Source of the DNA: an uncultured virus (IMG/VR IMGVR_UViG_3300015607_005478)
Lineage: Duplodnaviria > Heunggongvirae > Uroviricota > Caudoviricetes
Reading direction: 5' to 3' (one strand)
Virus record (IMG/VR): IMGVR_UViG_3300015607_005478
Length of the DNA: 64,000 bases
The translations under genes were made by a program, and so were the position numbers. Below the pieces are notes generated by a model. That model worked only from the letters and a program-made list of their open reading frames with translations. It did no database searches and was not told the origin of the DNA. Shown here piece by piece: positions 27,819 through 35,830 of the stretch; within the stretch, counting starts at the first letter, position 1, and each line of letters begins with the position of its first letter.

Positions 27819-30800
27819 ATGGGCGCCGTTGGACAACGTCTTCGCCTTCGCCTCTTCCTCGAAGGGGTGGAGGTTCCCGTCATTGCAGCCGAAGTACAAG
27901 CGCTCCCGAATGCGCCGGCGCAATGCTCCATCCAGATTCCGCCCATGCCCGACGGCATGGAGATTCTGCCGCGCACGCTTGTTCATCTCTACTTCCTCGA
28001 CTTCTACGAGGCGACCTCGCCGTTCCCGACGCCAAAGGGCGCGTCGAACCCCAACGCAGATCAGAGCCCCACGCAATACGAGGCGACCCAGGACACCGGC
28101 GGTGCCGCCGATGAATCTCTCGTCACCGTGAGCTCGGAGACGGGGGATGACCCAGACCTCGTGAACTCCCGCTACAAGCTGCTCTTCGGCGGCGAGGTCG
28201 TCGGGTTTCAGTGGACGAAGAACCAGCAGAATCGCTCGCTCGTTCTGCAGTGCCTCGATTGGTCGAACTACTGGGATTACGCCTACCAGTGGAACAACAC
28301 CGACCTCTTCGGCCCCGGCGTCAAAGCCATCTTCTCCGGTGGCTCCACGAACCTCTTCACCGACTTCCTCGAGGATGAGGGTTCCGCCATCATCCGCATC
28401 ATCCAAACGCCAAGCGTGCAGTACCCCAAGCTGAAGGGGCTCCTCGGCGGCATCGTGCACCTCCTTGAGGCAATCGGCGGCTCGTACTACTACGGCAAGC
28501 AGTTCGCGGGCGAGAACATCTTCTTCTCCATCGCCGAGCTCAAACTGCACATCACGCAGATGATCACGGCGTACGAGGCCGACCCGACCTCGAGCCGTCT
28601 CCTCAACGCCGGCTACGACTCGCTTCTTGGTCGCACGCTCGGCGGACTCGGTCAGCAGGTCTCCATTCGGCAAGCCATCAATGCACTCATGGGGATCATC
28701 TTCCACGAAACGTACGCACAGCCGTGCCCGACGTTCGTGCCGGGGACGGGCAACTCACCGAGCGGGCAAACGCGCCAGAGCGTGCGCAAAGATCCGAACA
28801 ACGCCTTCATCGCTACAGCGGCGGACCAGCTCCTCGAGAGCATCACCGGAGTACGCACGCTCCTCGAGCAACTGCCGAACGGGGAGCAGGGTTCCAGTGA
28901 CGCCGCACGCGTCTCGCTCAGCGCCTCGCTCGCGAACATGCGCGTGACGTGTCGCGCTGTGGCGGACCGCATCCGCGACAAGAGTGTGGCCTCGGCGAAG
29001 TCCTTCTACGCGAGCGCCGGCCGGTCCTTCGATCAGGCTGCGGCGAAAGCGAAGCAGTGGCGCCCCGGCGCCAACGCGAACATCATCAGCGGCATCAACA
29101 GCCTGCTCAGCGATGCAGAAACGCAGCTGAAGCGCGCCGCCGAGTTCGAATCGGTAAGCTCGACGAAGGGCATCACGCCCGCGCGCTTGAACCAGCACAT
29201 CTTCCGCCCCGATGTGTGGTTCAGCGCGCCGCCGCGTTGCAACGTGCTCTTCCCCGAGCACTACCACACGCTGACGTACGAGCGCTCATTCCTCCAAGAG
29301 CCCACGCGTCTCCTCTTGAAGACGAACGACGAGTTCTTTGGCGAGGACGAGCTCTTCGACCAGTTCTACTTCGCGCCGAAGGGCTTCACGCTGAAGACGG
29401 GCGGCCGCGAGCTCCAGAACATCCTCTCGAATGACATCCTCGATCACGAGCTCTTCACCGGCATCCTCCCCGTTTTCGAGAAGATGGGCGAGCTCAATAT
29501 CTTTGCGGCGCGCTCCGGTACGGTGAACGGGAAGGTTCCGAAGATCGGGCTCGCGCAGCGCTCGACGAACTTCCTCTACTTCAAGTACCGCTTCGCTGCG
29601 CGGCAGCTCTCTTTGCAGGGGCGCTTCAACCCCTACGTCGCTGTCGGCTTCCCCGGCCTCATCATCGACAAGTGGGTCGACGAAGATCAGCTCGCTCTTC
29701 GACAGCAACTCATTTCACAGAACGGTGGCATCGCGACGAAGGACATCAACAAGCTCCTCGGCGCGCACTTCCTTGCGAACTTCACGCAGGTCACGCACTC
29801 CGTCTCGCAGAATAGCGGCATGACGAGCTTGAATTGCTCTTATGCGCGGCAGCCGTCGGAGAGCGTGGAGTTCCTCGGCGTCATTCGCCAGGACCAGAAG
29901 ATTCAGAAGCGCGCAGAGCAAGACGCTTCTCGTGTCAGTGTGGTTGCCGCTATCGAGCCGCCCCTCGCCAACTCGATGGGCCCGAACATGGGGCGCATTA
30001 CGGCGGTGCAGGAAGTGACGCAGGCGTATGCCGCACAAGACGTCGAGACGGGCAACAAGTTGGACCTCTATCAAGGCCCCGTGCGTGAGGGCACCACGCA
30101 GGCACGCGTGCGAGTACCCATCGGGCTTGCGCTCCCCGCAAGTGAATATGGCCTCGATGTTGTTCGTCTTGTCGGGAGCCCGGCCACCATCGTGGAGTTC
30201 CGCGCGTTCCGTGTGACGGAGGACGTGCCGCGTTATCGCAAGGAGACCGTCGATCTGCCTGCCGAGGAGTACATTCGACCGGGCTGGTACGGCGACATCT
30301 GGCACCCGGCGATGATCGGGCAGGCCTATCAGCAGTTCTTTCAGACCGGCGCTATCACCGACGAGCAGCAAGTCGAAGCGAAGCAGGGCGCATCTATCGG
30401 TGTGCCGCGGGAGCAGGCGGCGCAGGCACTACAGCAGGCAGCGGAGGCGCTGGATGCGGATGACCCGCTCGCGGCCGGCCCCGGCCTTCTCGCGCTCGAT
30501 AAGCAGTCCTCCATCGAGGCTGCCGTCGCGTTCATCGCGGAGACGTACTCCTTCGCGAAGCAGAAGGGCCTCGATATCGACAACTTCATTCGCGGCTATA
30601 CGTGGCGACCCATCGCAACGATGGTGGACATGTTCGGAACAACGGATCTCACGCTTGACCAGGACGGCCATCAAGCCATTCAGGGCATCGAGGGTTTCCA
30701 CTCGCGCGCGTTCGGCGACTACAACGATCTCTTCGGCCTCGTCCCGCCCGATATCGAAAATGTTGTAGGCATCAAGCGCGGGTCCACTGCGGCGCAGCGC

Positions 30801-30881
30801 GGAGACATTCGCGGGCGACGTCGCGCGGTCGTCCAAAGCTATGTCTCCGCGATTCAATTCGCGCGCGCTATCTTGGGTTGA
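27819..30881 (+). CDS. Putative baseplate hub-like virion protein
   Basis: 1020 aa; N-terminal LRLFLEGVEVPV...LLFGGEVVG...LVLQCLDW resembles hub beta-barrel patterns; gene position agrees. Confidence 0.5.
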   Translation: MGAVGQRLRLRLFLEGVEVPVIAAEVQALPNAPAQCSIQIPPMPDGMEILPRTLVHLYFLDFYEATSPFPTPKGASNPNADQSPTQYEATQDTGGAADESLVTVSSETGDDPDLVNSRYKLLFGGEVVGFQWTKNQQNRSLVLQCLDWSNYWDYAYQWNNTDLFGPGVKAIFSGGSTNLFTDFLEDEGSAIIRIIQTPSVQYPKLKGLLGGIVHLLEAIGGSYYYGKQFAGENIFFSIAELKLHITQMITAYEADPTSSRLLNAGYDSLLGRTLGGLGQQVSIRQAINALMGIIFHETYAQPCPTFVPGTGNSPSGQTRQSVRKDPNNAFIATAADQLLESITGVRTLLEQLPNGEQGSSDAARVSLSASLANMRVTCRAVADRIRDKSVASAKSFYASAGRSFDQAAAKAKQWRPGANANIISGINSLLSDAETQLKRAAEFESVSSTKGITPARLNQHIFRPDVWFSAPPRCNVLFPEHYHTLTYERSFLQEPTRLLLKTNDEFFGEDELFDQFYFAPKGFTLKTGGRELQNILSNDILDHELFTGILPVFEKMGELNIFAARSGTVNGKVPKIGLAQRSTNFLYFKYRFAARQLSLQGRFNPYVAVGFPGLIIDKWVDEDQLALRQQLISQNGGIATKDINKLLGAHFLANFTQVTHSVSQNSGMTSLNCSYARQPSESVEFLGVIRQDQKIQKRAEQDASRVSVVAAIEPPLANSMGPNMGRITAVQEVTQAYAAQDVETGNKLDLYQGPVREGTTQARVRVPIGLALPASEYGLDVVRLVGSPATIVEFRAFRVTEDVPRYRKETVDLPAEEYIRPGWYGDIWHPAMIGQAYQQFFQTGAITDEQQVEAKQGASIGVPREQAAQALQQAAEALDADDPLAAGPGLLALDKQSSIEAAVAFIAETYSFAKQKGLDIDNFIRGYTWRPIATMVDMFGTTDLTLDQDGHQAIQGIEGFHSRAFGDYNDLFGLVPPDIENVVGIKRGSTAAQRGDIRGRRRAVVQSYVSAIQFARAILG

Positions 30882-30884
30882 GGC

Positions 30885-30920
30885 TAAAGAAAAGAGGCCG
30901 CGCCCGAAGGGCGGCCTCTT
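30885..30920. terminator. Terminator between convergent genes
   Basis: AAGAGGCCGC/GCGGCCTCTT stem with T-run on the minus strand. Confidence 0.75.
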
Positions 30921-30923
30921 CCC

Positions 30924-31553
30924 TCAGCGCTTTCCTGGAGCCTTCTCTCGAATTGCGTGTTGGAGCTCGTGCTGCACCATAGCGAGCGCAGCATTAGCAC
31001 CGCGCTCTTCGGCGTATGCGCGTCCGTCGCCTTCCTCCAACGCGCCATAGTCAGGCAGCGCAGCTCTTACTAGGTCGATGAACGTTTTGACATCGGCGTC
31101 CGTCTGGATCCAACCCGACGTTGGCGTACCAACGAGTGCGTGTGTCGCCCAGAACTCGCGCGACTCAACGACCTCTTCCCAAGTCTTCATGCTGGTGTCG
31201 CCGGGCTCGCGCGGAGCCTGCGGGCCGCCGTACGCGGTGTAGAGCACGCAGGGCTTACCTTCGTGTGGACCAGCAACGACGGTAATGGTGCGTGTGGCGC
31301 GCATCGGTCGTGCGACAACGCGAGAAGCGCACTTGCGTTGCCCGCGAATCACGTACGAGACATCCGCCTCTTCGACGGGTGCGTCGCCGACGACTGGTCC
31401 GTACAATCCTTGCGGCACCTCCGCTAGACGGTCTGGCAGCGCGAAGGTTTCGATGAAGAAGCCCGCCTTCTCCAAGAAGCGGGATTTGATGTACTCGAAG
31501 TGCGCGGGCGTGAATGCGTGATCGACGTGCGTAACCGAAAGAATTTCGAGCAT
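30924..31553 (-). CDS. Hypothetical protein
   Basis: GGAGG before MLEILSVTHVDH...; own motif promoter; C-terminal LYTAYGGP-APREP. Confidence 0.7.
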   Translation of the reverse strand: MLEILSVTHVDHAFTPAHFEYIKSRFLEKAGFFIETFALPDRLAEVPQGLYGPVVGDAPVEEADVSYVIRGQRKCASRVVARPMRATRTITVVAGPHEGKPCVLYTAYGGPQAPREPGDTSMKTWEEVVESREFWATHALVGTPTSGWIQTDADVKTFIDLVRAALPDYGALEEGDGRAYAEERGANAALAMVQHELQHAIREKAPGKR

Positions 31554-31574
31554 GATGGGGAAGTCCTCCACGGC

Positions 31575-31603
31575 TCTTATCTCGGCTATTTCATGAACTT
31601 TGC
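31575..31603 (-). promoter_or_regulatory. Repeated phage promoter GCAA-N16-GAGATAAGA
   Basis: Upstream element abuts the 3' end of the tRNA-like gene. Confidence 0.7.
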
Positions 31604-31676
31604 GCGCTTGGAGAGGGTCGAACTCCCAACTTCTCTGGTCTATACCCAGAGCACTCTGCCATTGAGTTACAAGCGC
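31603..31676 (-). tRNA. Atypical tRNA with expanded anticodon loop (GGUAUAGAC)
   Basis: Acceptor GCGCTTG/CAAGCGC, D arm ACTC-AATGGCA-GAGT, anticodon stem CTCTG/CAGAG around 9 nt, T arm GGGAG-TTCGACC-CTCTC; no encoded CCA. Confidence 0.8.
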
Positions 31677-31680
31677 GTAG

Positions 31681-31761
31681 TGGGGCCGGCGGGAATTGCA
31701 CCACACGACCTCTGCGGATCGCAATGCGACACGCAGTGCTCTGCTACTGAGCTACGGCCCC
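31681..31761 (-). tRNA. tRNA-like RNA with elongated, self-paired anticodon arm
   Basis: Acceptor GGGGCCG/CGGCCCC-A, D arm GCTC-AGTAGCA-GAGC, stem CTGCG/CGCAG enclosing 15 nt, AGGTC variable loop, bulged T stem, loop TGCAATT. Confidence 0.75.
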
Positions 31762-31766
31762 GTGCA

Positions 31767-32111
31767 CTACTTCAAGAGCGGAAGTGCGGACAAGAACTTC
31801 CGCAACACCCCCTTTCCAGATGGAGGGAAGCCGATCGCCGTTCGCTGCGCGGTGTACGGCGCGTCGTTCTCCACGATGGTCGTGTGCTTGATGCCCGCGC
31901 GGCGGAGGCGTGTCTCGAGCTCCTCGAGTTCCTTCTCTCCAGGCACGACGAGGCAGACCGCGTGGGTTCCGCTGGGGATATTACCGGGGCTCGATTCACC
32001 GGCGGCGTGAATGACTTGGGCTGTTTGTAGTCCTCGCGGGAGGTCCGCACGCACGACTACGTAGTGATAGAGGCAATGAACGCCAGCAGTTCCTTTGCTG
32101 GGCGGAACCAC
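31767..32111 (-). CDS. Pth2 / PTRHD1-like peptidyl-tRNA hydrolase fold protein (start uncertain)
   Basis: HYVVVRADLPRGLQTAQVIHAA...AVCLVV...IVEND...TAIG...LSALPLL. Nearest in-frame start is GTG 32111 inside the nuclease gene with poor SD spacing. Confidence 0.8.
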   Translation of the reverse strand: MVPPSKGTAGVHCLYHYVVVRADLPRGLQTAQVIHAAGESSPGNIPSGTHAVCLVVPGEKELEELETRLRRAGIKHTTIVENDAPYTAQRTAIGFPPSGKGVLRKFLSALPLLK

Positions 32112-32602
32112 TCTCCGCGGATCAGCAGGTGCTCGAACCTCAGATGGGTTCGATACTCCTCCTCGCGCGTGGCGGCGACCACTAGAAGAACCGTCAGCTC
32201 TTCGTGATTCCCGACCTGTAATTCCTGCAGGCGCCCTTCGATTCGTTTCGTCGTGAAGCCGATCTTGACCGGCCCCGACGCTGCCTGAATGAAGTACATC
32301 TTCGGCCGCCCGTCCGAGCAGAACTTCCGCTGCGCTTCGCGTGACCACGTGCGCTTCTGCTCCGGGTTCTTCTCCCGGTAGTTCTTTTGATACTGCCGGT
32401 GTGCTTCCCGTGTCTCGGGTTGCTTTCGCCGGCGCTTCATTCGCGCACGCTCCTTCTCCCGAGCTTCGGGAGTTTTGCGCGATGCTCGCTGCATCTTGTT
32501 CTTTGCCGCGCGTTGTTCCGGAGTCCGCTTCTTCCAGCGTGCTCGACGGCCCTCCAAGTGTTTCTCCCGTTGTGCGGGAGTCATGGGGTTCTTGCGTGGC
32601 AT
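32057..32602 (-). CDS. T5orf172/MUG113 (GIY-YIG-like) endonuclease
   Basis: MYFIQ...VKIGFT...RLQELQVG...E...H.RF...RGEWF; basic N-terminal repeats. Confidence 0.85.
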   Translation of the reverse strand: MPRKNPMTPAQREKHLEGRRARWKKRTPEQRAAKNKMQRASRKTPEAREKERARMKRRRKQPETREAHRQYQKNYREKNPEQKRTWSREAQRKFCSDGRPKMYFIQAASGPVKIGFTTKRIEGRLQELQVGNHEELTVLLVVAATREEEYRTHLRFEHLLIRGEWFRPAKELLAFIASITT

Positions 32603-32616
32603 TGACCGGCCGGGCG

Positions 32617-32637
32617 TTATAGCGACGCGACGTTCAT
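32617..32637 (-). CDS. Leaderless minigene MNVASL
   Basis: ATG AAC GTC GCG TCG CTA TAA starts 7 nt after a -10 box. Confidence 0.45.
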   Translation of the reverse strand: MNVASL

Positions 32638-32644
32638 AGAGGCG

Positions 32645-32673
32645 AGGGTAAGGACCTCGACTTGTACCGTCAA
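32645..32673 (-). promoter_or_regulatory. Sigma70-type promoter
   Basis: TTGACG-N17-TACCCT. Confidence 0.65.
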
Positions 32674-32718
32674 GGGGGTTTGGTTCCTATTGCGGGGACC
32701 CTTTGATACAACCGTAGC

Positions 32719-33198
32719 GTGAACTTCGGGCCGCACATGCTCGCGGGCTTCGTCGACGAGCTCGACAAGATCTCCTCGGCGCACGGCCGCATGCATGTTC
32801 CGAAAGAGCGTTCAGGACGACGGCCTATGACCGTGGATACACTCCTGAAAAAGGAGAAGGACGGTACGTTGTTCAAAGGGGCGGACGCCGCCGGCGCACC
32901 GCAGCCGGTGCGCGGTGGTGCCGACGGCGATGGTGCCGCGCCTTTGCCGAAGCGCGCAGGGGAAGTTCCGGGGCGCCCCTCCATGATCCCCGATAGCGAG
33001 AAGACGGGATACGTCTCGCCGTTTCCGATGACGCCGATCACGGCGCACCCGCGCTCGCCGAAGAAGCGCGGAGATGTGCCGACTCAGGACGACTTCAACG
33101 CCGTCGACCGCATGGACGGTCGCGGCGAAGCAACCACCATCACCGGCCTTGCACAGCGATCTGCTGACATCGGCGTCTCGAACGGAGAACACGCGTGA
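32719..33198 (+). CDS. DELxK-motif protein 1
   Basis: N-terminal GFVDELDKIS. Confidence 0.65.
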   Translation: MNFGPHMLAGFVDELDKISSAHGRMHVPKERSGRRPMTVDTLLKKEKDGTLFKGADAAGAPQPVRGGADGDGAAPLPKRAGEVPGRPSMIPDSEKTGYVSPFPMTPITAHPRSPKKRGDVPTQDDFNAVDRMDGRGEATTITGLAQRSADIGVSNGEHA

Positions 33199-33590
33199 AC
33201 TACAACGAAGCGATGACGAACGGGTTCCTCGACGAGCTGCAGAAGATTGCCGAGGACGAAAAGAAGAAGCCACAGACCCTCTCGCGCGGACAACAGGTGA
33301 AGGCCTTTCTTCTGGGAGGGCCGCAAGGCTACTACGGTGCGATGAAGGGAGCCCCGCATGGTGAGGCGCTCGAGGGCGGGTTGCGCGGATTCGGCGGTTA
33401 TGCCCTCGGAGGACTTCCCGGGCAGTTGATCGGGGCCAACCTCGGCGCGCTACTGGGCGACAAGATCTCTCCGGGGGGTATGGGCGCCCTAGCCGGGGGT
33501 GCTCTTGGCGGTCTTGGAGGACAATTGGCTGGCGGTATCGCCGGCTATAAGACGCTGACGCGCAAGTACAACGACGCACCGGAGGCGTGA
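33195..33590 (+). CDS. DELxK-motif protein 2, glycine zipper
   Basis: GFLDELQKIA; GxxxG repeats. Confidence 0.7.
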   Translation: MNYNEAMTNGFLDELQKIAEDEKKKPQTLSRGQQVKAFLLGGPQGYYGAMKGAPHGEALEGGLRGFGGYALGGLPGQLIGANLGALLGDKISPGGMGALAGGALGGLGGQLAGGIAGYKTLTRKYNDAPEA

Positions 33591-34999
33591 TGGACTTCCA
33601 CGCCTTCCTAGACGAGCTCGAGAAGATCGCCGTCACGCGCTCCGTGCAGGAGTGGCGGAAGGCAACGGCGGGCGGCGATACTGCTGGTGCGGACGCTATC
33701 GCGCAGGCGCACGGCGCGCTTGGCGCGAAGCCACGCTACCTCGAGGACATCTCCCTCGGCGGCGCGGAAGCGGGCGTCGACAAGATGATGGGCAGCGCGG
33801 GCGCACAAGCCGGCCCCGCCCCCAGCCTTCAACAACGCTTTCAGCAGTACCAGCAGAACAAGGCGCAGCTTGGCATCGACGCCGGCCGCACGCCGACGCA
33901 GTCGGTGAAGTCGAGCCCCGAAGGCCGCGCGGCGCTTCTTCGCGGGACGGAGGGTCCCGCACAAGCCGCAGCGCCGAACGAGAGCGGCTACATCGCGCGC
34001 AAGCTGTACAAGCCCGACAGCTCCATCAGCCGCGGCGAGTACACGCCACAGCTTCTCGAGCAGAAGCAGCGCCTCACCGATGAAGCGCGCGCTCTCTCGC
34101 CTGAGGCAAAAGCGATGGTGCCGGCAATGTACGGCCACCAAACGATGGGCTCGGGTCCGACACAGCGCACAATCAGCCATCACGAATACGTGCCCGGCAT
34201 CAGTGACCTCCGCGGGACGAACACTGGTACGGCGGAGGCTCCGCAGTGGTCCCGTTCCGCCGGCGCCGCAACCGATCGTGCCGCGCTTCAGCAGCACGTT
34301 CTCAATCCGATGGCTGCGCGCGGCCATACGATGGCCGATACAATCTCTTCGCAGGGAGCGAACTACGGCAACATCGTCAACACGCAGGCGGGTCCGAAGA
34401 TTCTCGACTTCCTTCCGAATGTGCAGGGGGAGAAGAACCCCGCCATCGAGTCGTTCAAGAAGTACGTGCCCAATTCGGGCTCGGCATTCGACACGGGCAG
34501 CGTCGGGGATCTCCGCAAGGAGATCTTCAATCCGAAGATGCAAGTGCAGCCCGCTTCGGCAGATATGCAGCATCGTGCGGATGTGGCGCTGAGCGGGCAA
34601 CAGACTGGGCCGCGGACGCCCGCGCCAGCGGCAAGTCCCAATTCCAATCTTCCGACGCGCCCCAATCGGCCAACGCCGAACGCAGACATGCCAACGGCGC
34701 CGGTCGGGCGTGCGCCGGCGAACGGACTCGCGCATGCGCCCACTGCACCCTCCGCCCAGAACATGCTCGGTCACGCGCCGACCGTGGCTTCGGCTCAAGG
34801 AGCTCTTGCGCACGCTCCGACGCTGCCGTCCGCGGTGACTGCGGCCAAGCCGATGGCGAGCGCGGCAAACGTCGCCTCGCACCTCCCGACTGTCCGCCCT
34901 GGTGCTATCGCCGGCGCTGCAGGCAAGCTCGAGAACGCAGCGATGAAGACGGCCCCCGGCTTCCTTCGCAAGGCCACCACCGCCATCAGCCACATCTGA
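33587..34999 (+). CDS. DELxK-motif protein 3 with protein-kinase-like domain
   Basis: AFLDELEKIA; LGGAEAGV, IARKLY, HEYVPG, D...NYGNI and KILDF in kinase order. Confidence 0.65.
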   Translation: MMDFHAFLDELEKIAVTRSVQEWRKATAGGDTAGADAIAQAHGALGAKPRYLEDISLGGAEAGVDKMMGSAGAQAGPAPSLQQRFQQYQQNKAQLGIDAGRTPTQSVKSSPEGRAALLRGTEGPAQAAAPNESGYIARKLYKPDSSISRGEYTPQLLEQKQRLTDEARALSPEAKAMVPAMYGHQTMGSGPTQRTISHHEYVPGISDLRGTNTGTAEAPQWSRSAGAATDRAALQQHVLNPMAARGHTMADTISSQGANYGNIVNTQAGPKILDFLPNVQGEKNPAIESFKKYVPNSGSAFDTGSVGDLRKEIFNPKMQVQPASADMQHRADVALSGQQTGPRTPAPAASPNSNLPTRPNRPTPNADMPTAPVGRAPANGLAHAPTAPSAQNMLGHAPTVASAQGALAHAPTLPSAVTAAKPMASAANVASHLPTVRPGAIAGAAGKLENAAMKTAPGFLRKATTAISHI

Positions 35000-35005
35000 G
35001 GTTCC

Positions 35006-35830
35006 ATGAACGGCCCGAAGAACGACCCCATCAAAGAAAAGGCCGACGAGCTTCGGCGCCGCCTCGACTATTCGCCGGAGCCGCCCAAGACTGACCGCGA
35101 CCACCGTGATCCGCCGCCAAACCTGCCGGAGAAGAAGGCGAGCGCGTTTCTCACTACCGTCCTCGAGCTCTTCAAGGAGGCCGGAGTTCCCCCGCCGCTC
35201 CCCGCCGCGGCGAAACTCATGTCGGCGGTGAAGAAGCCGAACGCGATGGCCGACGCGCTCTTCTCCGGCATGAAGAGCTCGCCCACGTCGAACGTGATGT
35301 CGTCCCTCGTGAAGAAGGGCCACGAGCTCACCGCCGGCGACCGCAAAGAGCTCCCGAAGGGAGACTTCGCGGTCTCGTCCAAGAAGTCGAACACCGGCAA
35401 ACCAGCGTACCCCATCCCCGACGAGCAGCATGCGCGGTCGGCCCTCGGCTTCGCGAAGATGCACGGGGATAGCGCGGACTACGCACGCGTCCGCGCGAAG
35501 GTCGAGTCGAAGTATCCAGACCTCCTCAAGAATGCGGCCTTCGCCCCTCTTCCGGATGTCAGCATGCGCAACCTTCTTTCTCATGGTGGCGATGCTGTGA
35601 AGCGCCTCGCGAAGAATGACCACGCCGCCGAGCTCGCGGGACTCGGCATCCTAGGCATCCCTGGGCTCGACGCCCTTCAGGCGCACGGCCGCGCTGCCGC
35701 CGCCGGTGACTACAGTGGGGAGGGCGTGAAGAAACGCACCGTCCTTCCACACGTTGCCCATCCCCTCCTCGAGACCGCCGGTCTCGGTGTCCTCGCCGCT
35801 CCGTCGATCGCTCACCTGCGGGGGCACTGA
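35006..35830 (+). CDS. Protein with DUF6582-like domain
   Basis: LTAGDRKELPKGDFA...YPIPDEQHARSAL; also AFL...LFKEA. Confidence 0.6.
   Translation: MNGPKNDPIKEKADELRRRLDYSPEPPKTDRDHRDPPPNLPEKKASAFLTTVLELFKEAGVPPPLPAAAKLMSAVKKPNAMADALFSGMKSSPTSNVMSSLVKKGHELTAGDRKELPKGDFAVSSKKSNTGKPAYPIPDEQHARSALGFAKMHGDSADYARVRAKVESKYPDLLKNAAFAPLPDVSMRNLLSHGGDAVKRLAKNDHAAELAGLGILGIPGLDALQAHGRAAAAGDYSGEGVKKRTVLPHVAHPLLETAGLGVLAAPSIAHLRGH

Noticed and set aside
31603..31676. Amber suppressor tRNA or alternative genetic code
   Set aside because: The loop has no CUA anticodon, and TAG ends many well-formed genes in the window.
31554..31724. N-terminal extension of ORF 30924-31724 in the track
   Set aside because: It runs over two tRNA-like cloverleafs and a promoter; the SD-led ATG at 31553 is the better start.
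31715..31735. Pairing of the second tRNA-like arm with minigene codons GTC GCG TCG
   Set aside because: Only 5-6 nt with wobble pairs in GC-rich sequence, and the bases are already self-paired.
31603..31761. Y RNA (Ro60-associated) assignment
   Set aside because: No Ro60/TROVE gene is in the window and no Ro-binding stem was recognised.
32057..32620. Group I intron interrupting the pth2-like gene
   Set aside because: The intervening DNA is almost all nuclease ORF; I could not find room or motifs for a catalytic core.
33608..35623. 671-aa minus-strand ORF and similar long antisense ORFs (27345-28706, 54055-55356, 61770-63650)
   Set aside because: Arg-rich shadow frames of GC-rich sense genes, with no motifs.
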